Below, piece after piece: positions 60,001 through 64,000 of a stretch of DNA of 64,000 bases. The DNA lies in assembly GCF_963921235.1 (NCBI RefSeq), contig NC_086097.1, forward strand, positions 181,104,001 through 181,168,000, in the 5' to 3' direction. Positions within the stretch are counted from its first letter, which is position 1; every line of letters begins with the position of its first letter. This DNA is from Mobula hypostoma. Lineage: Eukaryota. The translations under genes were made by a program, and so were the position numbers. The notes beneath the pieces were generated by a model that saw nothing but the letters and a program-made list of their open reading frames with translations, had not been told where the DNA came from and made no database searches.

Positions 60001-63000
60001 AACCCCTGGACTAGCTAATGATGGGATCCTGAACACCAGGCTCAATTTTGAACACTTCTGTTTCACTTCCTCTCATCCTATTCTGGTCGTAAACAACTAC
60101 AGTTCTTCCAGTCTCTCCACATAACTAAATCCCTCATACTTGAGGCATTTCAGTAAAGGTCCTGTTTCTCCTCCTAAAGGCCTTGGTGTCCTTTCTAATG
60201 TACAGTGTGCAGAATTGGACTTTCCCATCACAACACTTACAAAACATCTGTGCCCTTATCTGTGAATTATTAATCTTCAAGATAACCAATAGTTTTTAGT
60301 ATTTTACACCTTCTTTCTAACGCCACAGTTCCAGTAAGGCTTTCCAACAAACTTCTCAGCTTGCTTTGCCACATAACACCATAAGACATAGGAGCAGAAG
60401 TTGGCCCATCCGGCCTGCTCCGCCATTTCATCATGGCTGAACCATTTTTCCTCTCAACCCCATTCTCTTGCCTTCCCCCATAACCTTTCATGCACTGACT
60501 AATCAAGAACCTATCAACCATCGCCTTAAGTACACCTAGTGACTTGGCCTCCATTGCCACCTGTGGCAATGAATTCCACAGATTCACCAACCTCTGGCTA
60601 AAGAAACTCCTTCCCATCACTGTTCTAAATGGACGTCCCTCCATTCTGAGGCTGTGCATTCTGGTCCTAGACTCATCCTCTAAAGGAAACATCTTCTCCA
60701 AATTCACTCTTATCTAGGCCTTTCAACATTCTATAGGTTTCAATGAGATCCCACCTCTTTCTTCTAAATTCCAGTGAGTACAGACTCAGAGCCATCATAC
60801 GATAACCCTTTCATTTGCAGAATCATTCTTGGAAACCTTCTCTGAACCCTCCTCAATGTCATCACATCATTTCTTAGAAAAGGGGCCCAAAATTGCTCGC
60901 AAAACTCCAAGTGAGGCCTCACCAGTGCCTTATCAAGTCTCAGCACTACATCCATGCTTTTATATTCTAGTCCTCTTGAAATGAATGCTACCATTGCATT
61001 TGCGTTCCTCACCACCAACTCAAGCTGCAAGTTAACCTTTAGGGAATCCTACTCAAGGGCTCCCAAGTCCCTTTGCACCTCAGAATGTTGATGCTTTTCC
61101 CCATTTAGAAAATACTGTACTCTATACTTTAATTCCTTCTACCAAATATTTTATTCCATCGAGTGCTGTGACCACAGTAGAAGAGGCAGTAGTGTATATA
61201 TGAAGAAGCAGCTACTAGCAGCCATGAAGTAGCCTTTGTTTGCCCAGCAGAAGCTCCATATTCTGGGATGAGCTGAGATGAAGATACCAAGGCTGCAGAT
61301 TGGGTAAAAGGCGGCACAACAAAAAACAGAGATGTAAACCATATCTCCCATCTATCATTATGGGGAATGTAAGATAGCTGGCAAATAAAATGGAGGAACT
61401 AGCAATACGCATGAGGACACAGAACAAATACAGGGAATGCAGCATTATGTATTTCACTGAGACGTAACTACACCAGCAAACCCCGGATTTGCTACTGTGA
61501 ATGGGCTTTCAACGCCACGAGCAGACAGATCTACAGTGTGGTGAGAGGAAGGGAGGTGGGCTTGCAGTGCTTGTGAACCACAGATGGTGTAATCCCTGTC
61601 ACATTTTTGTGTAAGAATGAATCTGCAGTCTGGACATCGAATTGCTTGCTGTGAGTTTACGTCCATATTATCTACCGCGTGAGTTCAGCCCCGCCACATT
61701 GCTCGTTGTTTACATTCTGCCTTCCCAACGCAATACCGCTACTGTGTGAGACGTTATACACACTACCATCACAAGATTCCAGATTCAACATCCCAAAACA
61801 TTCATTGCAGTATCAGGAGATTTCAATCATTTTTCCCTTTCAACTTTTGATCAGTTTGTCAAGTGCCATACAGAAGAAAATAAAACACTGCTTGCACAAA
61901 ATAGAACATTGTATCCCTGTTCATTCACATGTCCTCACACATGTCCTTGTTAAAATTTATCTGCCACACCTGCTCATTGCAACACATTGTCTCTGTCTTT
62001 CTGAAATCTATTTATTACATAACCAACTGTTTACTACATATGAGGTCTGCCATCTGGAAATCTTGTGTGCAGAAAAGCATGTCAATAATATCCATCAAAA
62101 CTACCAACCCCTTGAGCAGGAAGAATTCAGAAAATAAAGCAAGGGAAAGTAGGGTTTAAACATTTAGAACAAATGAATTTGAAGCTGGAGTAGGCCACTT
62201 GTCCCCTCAAACCTACTCTGCCAATTTATGCCACAAATAACCCAAAACATCACAATGACTTTCTCTCCACAGGTGCTGCTCGAGCTGCTGATTGATTGCT
62301 GCTCCAGATTCCAGCATCTGCAGTCTCTTTTGTCACCATGAATGATACGATTGTTACCTGTAACCTTTCACTCTCTAGCTCATGAATTCAGCAGCATCAA
62401 TAGAGAAGAGTGCAGTTGACCTTTTGGGCCAACGCTACCTAACCTGCTGAGTTCCTCTAGCATTTTGTATGTGTTGCTTGGATTTCCAGCATCTGCAGAT
62501 TTTCTCGTTTGTGATTGGTTCTCCACATTAACTCTATCCAGGTCTTTCAATTTTTGGTAGCTTTTATCCTTCTGAACTCCATTAAGTACAGACCCAAAGA
62601 CAACAAACACTTCTTGCACATCAAGCCCTTTATTTTGGAATCATTCTAGTGTACATACTCCCACCATAAATCTGGATAGGGTGTAGATCCAGTGATGAAG
62701 TAATATATTACAATTAAGGATGGTGAGCGTCCCTTTTCTCACTGTTACCATCAGGCAGGAGGCACAGAAGCCTAAGGCACACACTCAGCGATTCAGGAAC
62801 AGCTTCTTCCCCTCTGCCATCCGATTCCTAAATGGACATTGACACTACCTCACTTTTTAAAAAAAGTATACAGTATTTCTGTTTTTTGCATGTTTTTTAA
62901 TCTATTCAATATACATATACTGTAATTGATATATTTATTATTATTTTTATTCTTTTTTCTCTTCTATACTGTATTATGTATTGCATTGAACTGCTGCGGC

Positions 63001-64000
63001 TAAGTTAACAAATTTCACATCACATGCCGGTGATAATAAACCTGATTCTGATTCTGAGTGACTTGCAGGCCCTTTATGTGCCTGCTGCTGTTGTGTCTGT
63101 ATGCAGAATTAGAAGTACAATTAGGATAAATGCAGTATATATGTGTGCTTTAGAATAAATGCAATTATTTTGTGTGTTGCTTAACGTGGAGAGGATGTTT
63201 TCATAATTAGGGGTGTCTAAAATTTAAGGACATAGCCTCAGAATAAAGGAATGTCTCTTGAGAACTGAGATGAGGAGGAATTCGTTCAGCCAGAGGGCGG
63301 TGAATCTGTGGAATTTGTTGCCATAGAGGTCTGTGGAGACTAATTAATTGAGTGCATTTAAGGGAAAGATAGATAGGTTATTGATTGGTTGAGAGTATTA
63401 ACAGTTACATGGAGATGACAAGAAAAAATCAATTATGATTGAATGGTGGAGCATGATTGTTGGGCTGAATGGCCTATACACCTTCTATACCTTATGGTCT
63501 TAACCACATGGACTGCAACTGCTGAATAAGGCTACCTTCTAACTGGGAGTGAACAGAAAATGTTGGCCTCCCAGTGATGCTGACATTCCAAAACAAATTT
63601 AGAACCAAAGTACGGGCAATTGGGACCAGAGTATGAATGAGGTACCACACTGACCTCAATAGCCAGGTATTAAATGTCAGGCAGCATTGATGAAAGGGAA
63701 ACCATCACTGAAGAGAAAATGGGCACAGAGGGATCTGGGCCAGAAAATCTTCAGATTACACTTAATCAGCAGGTGATAGAATACTTACAATAACAGCCCA
63801 AATCAGAGAGGAAAGTTCTGGGCGAAGGAACCTCCAAAATTCTCTCCAGTTGAACTCAGGACCTGGTGGCACAGGGTCTTTAACATGACAGCCATTATCT
63901 TCTTCACAGTAAGCTACAGTTCCATTCAGTCTTAGTCCAAGAGTTATTAGGCCAGGTGTGCCCACCAGCAGGAAGGCACTCCGAATCCTCAGTGAGCTCC
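2963..64000 (-). CDS. ABCB8: ABCB8 (mitochondrial ABC half-transporter / MITOSUR), spliced CDS, 5'-partial; 15 exons in window: 63789-64000, 58461-58616, 50184-50278, 44146-44251, 36964-37125, 33224-33309, 32782-32879, 23525-23630, 22549-22582, 21209-21345, 17319-17413, 9309-9442, 8377-8524, 7680-7930, 2963-3049
   Basis: Exons join in frame through GT-AG introns into ~634 aa. TMD plus NBD with Walker A GQSGIGKST, Q-loop ISQEP, signature LSGGQKQR, Walker B ILILDE, D-loop SALD and H-loop IAHRL. ABCB8-typical peptides: [50 protein letters not shown]. Confidence 0.95.
3165..3450 (+). mobile_element. V-domain (HE1-like) SINE; further copies ~16880-17030 (-), 18320-18630 (+), 19310-19460 (-), 51120-51385 (-), 57590-58230 (+, interrupted)
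   Basis: Conserved V-SINE core GGAGT..GTACATTCTCC..GTGACTGCATGGGTTTC..CC.G.TGCTCTGGTTTCCTCCCACA. Confidence 0.7.
3533..4705 (+). mobile_element. Rex1/Babar-type LINE, 5'-truncated, young; RT C-terminal half with one in-frame stop (TAA 3964-3966)
   Basis: RT motifs [34 protein letters not shown]; 3' UTR ends GGGATCAATAAAG plus (TATGAC)n tail. Confidence 0.9.
7680..7930 (-). CDS. ABCB8: ABCB8 exon 15 equivalent (251 nt; signature, Walker B, H-loop)
   Basis: ggtcag|[37 protein letters not shown]...IAHRLSTI...GHVRE|gtaagt. Confidence 0.96.
8030..8310. repeat. Degenerate ~60-bp minisatellite plus (GT)n(GC)n tract in the short intron 14
   Basis: Recurring unit TGTCCAAGGT.TGTTCCTGTGTGTGGCTGAC..CCTGA, about 4-5 copies. 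Confidence 0.65.
8377..8524 (-). CDS. ABCB8: ABCB8 exon 14 equivalent (148 nt)
   Basis: gttgcag|[25 protein letters not shown]...FPDGYMTVV(G)|gtgcgt. Confidence 0.95.
9309..9442 (-). CDS. ABCB8: ABCB8 exon 13 equivalent (134 nt)
   Basis: gattaaag|[44 protein letters not shown]|gtaagt. Confidence 0.93.
9690..10215 (+). mobile_element. CR1 3' fragment interrupted by a hAT MITE
   Basis: [18 protein letters not shown]...GHRLEV; CR1-type 3' UTR. Confidence 0.8.
10020..10099. mobile_element. 80-bp hAT (Charlie-type) MITE
   Basis: TIRs CAGAGGTTCCCA / CAGTGGTCCCCA; exact 8-bp TSD GCTTAGAG at 10012-10019 and 10100-10107. Confidence 0.88.
10560..11310 (+). mobile_element. CR1 LINE ORF2 3' fragment
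   Basis: [16 protein letters not shown]...[10 protein letters not shown]; similar to 14340-15090. Confidence 0.85.
11320..15212 (+). mobile_element. Near full-length CR1 (HER1-like) LINE: ORF1 (Cys-rich + coiled coil + esterase remnant) and frameshifted ORF2 (APE endonuclease + RT)
   Basis: ORF1: C-x2-C..C-x2-C then [78 protein letters not shown]. Tail (TTCTA..)n. Confidence 0.92.
11864..12150 (-). mobile_element. L1/Tx1-type LINE 3' end nested in CR1 ORF1
   Basis: Minus strand encodes [33 protein letters not shown], followed by a T-rich UTR, AATAAA and an A-rich tail. Confidence 0.75.
15550..15965 (+). mobile_element. RTE-type LINE 3' fragment
   Basis: [19 protein letters not shown], then WR-containing segment, C-x2-C remnant and RTE-like terminus CCATCGTCTTGCGAGACG...ACAACAA. 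Confidence 0.65.
16065..16602 (+). repeat. Non-autonomous retroposon with L2/Rex1-like tail
   Basis: GC-rich head; tail GATAATAAATGTACTTTGAATTTTGAA shared with 6070-6100 and 29805-29850 (-). Confidence 0.5.
17319..17413 (-). CDS. ABCB8: ABCB8 exon 12 equivalent (95 nt; first half of Walker A)
   Basis: ttcttcccatag|[31 protein letters not shown](G)|gtgagg. Confidence 0.94.
19690..20570 (+). mobile_element. Old degenerate CR1 ORF2 fragment
   Basis: [15 protein letters not shown] remnant, colinear with 14200-15080. Confidence 0.7.
21209..21345 (-). CDS. ABCB8: ABCB8 exon 11 equivalent (137 nt)
   Basis: tttgccag|[45 protein letters not shown](R)|gtgtgt. Confidence 0.93.
21396..22309 (+). mobile_element. 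L1/Tx1 LINE 3' portion with TSD
   Basis: C-terminal CCHC-type knuckle CDRC...[18 protein letters not shown]-rich end; TSD AGAATTACA at 21387-21395 and 22310-22318. Confidence 0.85.
22549..22582 (-). CDS. ABCB8: ABCB8 exon 10 equivalent (34-nt mini-exon)
   Basis: ctcttgatatag|[11 protein letters not shown]|gtgagt; restores the phase between neighbouring exons. Confidence 0.9.
22770..23245 (+). mobile_element. CR1 3' fragments
   Basis: [29 protein letters not shown]1 3' UTR. Confidence 0.7.
23525..23630 (-). CDS. ABCB8: ABCB8 exon 9 equivalent (106 nt)
   Basis: ttcttgcag|(C)[34 protein letters not shown](R)|gtctgt. Confidence 0.93.
23781..24371. mobile_element. hAT (Tip100-like) non-autonomous element with duplicated left end, inserted in an L2/Rex1 fragment
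   Basis: TIR C(A/G)GACATCCCACC at 23781 and 24279; inverted copy GGTGGGATGTCTG ending 24371; degraded TSD GCATTC/GTATTC; internal (GA)n tract. Confidence 0.7.
25270..26720 (+). mobile_element. CR1 ORF2 3' fragment interrupted by a fold-back element
   Basis: KFVDDTK remnant and colinear CR1 sequence on both sides of 25490-25911. Confidence 0.75.
25490..25911. mobile_element. 422-bp fold-back DNA element (hAT-type, 8-bp TSD) with ~190-bp inverted arms containing a Tc1 transposase fragment
   Basis: Exact TSD GATGCAAA at 25482-25489 and 25912-25919; arms are near-perfect reverse complements. Confidence 0.88.
28950..29210 (+). mobile_element. CR1 3' terminus, same subfamily as 14960-15212
   Basis: Colinear 3' UTR and (TTTCTATG)n tail. 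Confidence 0.8.
29800..31020 (-). mobile_element. L2/Rex1-like LINE 3' part, interrupted by a short RTE-like insertion
   Basis: [31 protein letters not shown] on the minus strand. Confidence 0.75.
30830..30964 (+). mobile_element. RTE/RTEX-like LINE 3' tip with (GTA)n tail and TSD
   Basis: TSD AGTAGAGCA at 30821-30829 and 30965-30973; encodes ..[13 protein letters not shown]. Confidence 0.7.
31541..32370 (-). mobile_element. Penelope-like element 3' part: GIY-YIG endonuclease (31935-32261), pyrimidine-rich UTR and pLTR with degenerate hammerhead
   Basis: [36 protein letters not shown]...[18 protein letters not shown]; pLTR TAGTCCTGACAAAGGG...CCCGAAATGTCGACTG. Confidence 0.9.
32782..32879 (-). 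CDS. ABCB8: ABCB8 exon 8 equivalent (98 nt)
   Basis: tttttataag|[32 protein letters not shown]|gtaagt. Confidence 0.92.
33224..33309 (-). CDS. ABCB8: ABCB8 exon 7 equivalent (86 nt)
   Basis: ttgcag|[28 protein letters not shown](E)|gtaagg. Confidence 0.94.
33740..34590 (-). mobile_element. Degenerate CR1 ORF2 fragment
   Basis: Reverse-complement similarity to 14200-15080 (CAGAACTGCACACAATACTCCAA motif). Confidence 0.7.
36290..36491 (+). mobile_element. Penelope-derived fold-back mini-element A: perfect 63-bp inverted repeat, hammerhead loop and 35-nt tail
   Basis: Arms 36289-36351 and 36394-36456 are exact reverse complements; 15-bp TSD CGTGTAATGATTTGA at 36275-36289 and 36492-36506. Confidence 0.9.
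36356..36393 (+). ncRNA. Minimal type I hammerhead ribozyme (Penelope type); predicted cleavage 3' of C36388
   Basis: UAGUC-CUGACGA-AGG-GUCUCGG-CCU-GAA-ACGU-C-GACUG: stem I UAGUC/GACUG, intact core, stem II AGG/CCU, palindromic ACGU in place of stem III. Confidence 0.8.
36640..36850 (-). mobile_element. Penelope-derived fold-back mini-element B: ~90-bp imperfect inverted arms meeting at two hammerhead cores
   Basis: Centre CCCTTCGTC-CT-GACGAAGGG; TSD AGCTGACTCATTCAC at 36625-36639 and 36851-36865. Confidence 0.88.
36964..37125 (-). CDS. ABCB8: ABCB8 exon 6 equivalent (162 nt)
   Basis: ctccag|[54 protein letters not shown]|gtatgg. Confidence 0.94.
38716..39025 (+). mobile_element. Tc1/mariner left end fragment
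   Basis: Starts CAGTGGTGCTCGAAAGTTTGTACACCC (Tc1-type TIR), with an internal repeat of the TIR motif (AATTATGTGAACC). Confidence 0.65.
39030..41270 (-). mobile_element. RTE (BovB-like) LINE with internal deletion: 5' UTR (40800-41270) joined to frameshifted RT
   Basis: [55 protein letters not shown] motif AGAAGGCAATAGCAAACCAC. Confidence 0.85.
41868..42560 (+). mobile_element. Non-autonomous retroposon with AAGATGGCG head and (AATCT)n tail, inserted in an L2-like fragment
   Basis: CpG-rich head, simple-repeat tail; host repeat continues on both sides (41640-41866 and 42570-42940, minus strand). Confidence 0.6.
44146..44251 (-). CDS. ABCB8: ABCB8 exon 5 equivalent (106 nt)
   Basis: tgtcag|[35 protein letters not shown]|gtgagc. 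Confidence 0.94.
45335..46918. mobile_element. Tigger/pogo-type non-autonomous DNA transposon
   Basis: TA-flanked TIRs CAGTGGATTCTGGTTAATT / CAGTGGATCCAGTTAATT; repeated CCCAATTAA subterminal motifs. Confidence 0.8.
45726..46505 (+). mobile_element. Rex1/L2-like LINE 3' fragment nested in Tigger; sister copy at 56103-57170
   Basis: [34 protein letters not shown]; tail GTCAATTCAA. Confidence 0.85.
47720..50010 (+). mobile_element. Two degenerate CR1 fragments (RT 47720-48700; endonuclease 48900-50010)
   Basis: KIADD remnant; [22 protein letters not shown]. Confidence 0.75.
50184..50278 (-). CDS. ABCB8: ABCB8 exon 4 equivalent (95 nt)
   Basis: ctcattaccag|[31 protein letters not shown](R)|gtgtga; not in ORF track. 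Confidence 0.92.
50524..51116. mobile_element. Probable solo LTR inserted in a SINE tail
   Basis: Ends TGTATAACTC...GAGTGTTACA (TG..CA, short inverted termini); host SINE resumes at TTTGCCTCAACAAC; no clear TSD. Confidence 0.5.
52320..54358 (+). mobile_element. hAT Charlie/Buster element, internally deleted, with transposase BED-finger remnant (~53730-53890)
   Basis: TIRs CAGGGTTTCTCAGC / CAGCCTATCACAACC; TSD GCATAGAC / [46 protein letters not shown]. Confidence 0.82.
52723..53413 (-). mobile_element. Internally deleted Penelope element nested in the hAT element
   Basis: TSD GTATCACT at 52715-52722 and 53414-53421; [27 protein letters not shown] joined to [23 protein letters not shown]; pLTR with hammerhead-like core. 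Confidence 0.85.
55140..56075 (+). mobile_element. Old Rex1/L2-like RT fragment
   Basis: Remnants of DFSSxFNTI, LNTGAxxG, FRFLG and SFFPLAV. Confidence 0.65.
56100..57170 (+). mobile_element. Rex1/L2-like LINE 3' half
   Basis: [38 protein letters not shown]; (AATTC)n tail. Confidence 0.88.
57657..58092 (-). mobile_element. Young Rex1/Babar 3' fragment, same subfamily as 3533-4705, inserted in a V-SINE
   Basis: [11 protein letters not shown]...[14 protein letters not shown]; same AATAAAG(TATGAC)n tail. Confidence 0.9.
58461..58616 (-). CDS. ABCB8: ABCB8 exon 3 equivalent (156 nt)
   Basis: ttttcctag|[19 protein letters not shown]...KLLGVYVIQ|gtaaga. Confidence 0.92.
58870..59358 (+). mobile_element. 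Rex1/Babar fragment, older subfamily
   Basis: [51 protein letters not shown](ATT)n tail. Confidence 0.8.
60370..61130 (-). mobile_element. CR1 3' fragment
   Basis: [35 protein letters not shown]. Confidence 0.85.
61160..61880 (+). mobile_element. Rex1/Babar 5' end with APE endonuclease remnant
   Basis: [51 protein letters not shown]. Confidence 0.7.
63180..63502 (+). mobile_element. CR1 3' terminus
   Basis: [19 protein letters not shown] and CR1 3' UTR ending CTTATGGTCT. Confidence 0.75.
63789..64000 (-). CDS. ABCB8: ABCB8 exon 2 equivalent (runs off window end)
   Basis: Open frame ...GTVAYCEED...[24 protein letters not shown], then donor GTAAGT, phase 0. Confidence 0.88.

Noticed and set aside
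34..63965. The many short ORFs in the track as independent genes or an operon
   Set aside because: The sequence is intron-rich vertebrate DNA. These ORFs are transposon fragments, exon read-throughs or chance frames in low-complexity sequence.
2963..64000. ABCB10, ABCB1 or TAP identity, or a pseudogene
   Set aside because: There is a single TMD-NBD with ABCB8-specific peptides, and no stops or frameshifts across 15 exons with canonical splice sites.

Overview
This is eukaryotic (vertebrate) genomic DNA, not prokaryotic. The repeat content (CR1/HER1-like LINEs, V-domain HE1-like SINEs, Rex1/Babar, Penelope) suggests a cartilaginous fish, probably a ray (inference). The window is spanned by one minus-strand gene, ABCB8 (mitochondrial half ABC transporter, MITOSUR). 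I reconstructed 15 coding exons by hand, equivalent to exons 2 (partial) to 16. All 14 introns are GT-AG with consistent phases, giving about 634 codons plus TGA at 2963-2965, and all NBD motifs are intact. The 5' end of the gene lies beyond position 64000. The introns are packed with nested transposons: CR1, Rex1/Babar, L1/Tx1, RTE, Penelope, hAT, Tc1, Tigger, SINEs and a probable solo LTR. The most interesting non-coding structures are three. (i) Two adjacent ~200-bp fold-back elements (36290-36491 and 36640-36850), each with a 15-bp target-site duplication and built from Penelope terminal repeats; one carries an intact minimal hammerhead ribozyme at the tip of a perfect 63-bp hairpin, and each has a GIY-YIG-type Penelope relative in the same gene. 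(ii) A 422-bp hAT-type fold-back element whose arms contain a captured Tc1 transposase fragment. (iii) A possible degenerate HDV-like ribozyme in an RTE 5' UTR. Repeat family names come from motif recognition, not database searches, and boundaries of old repeats are approximate.
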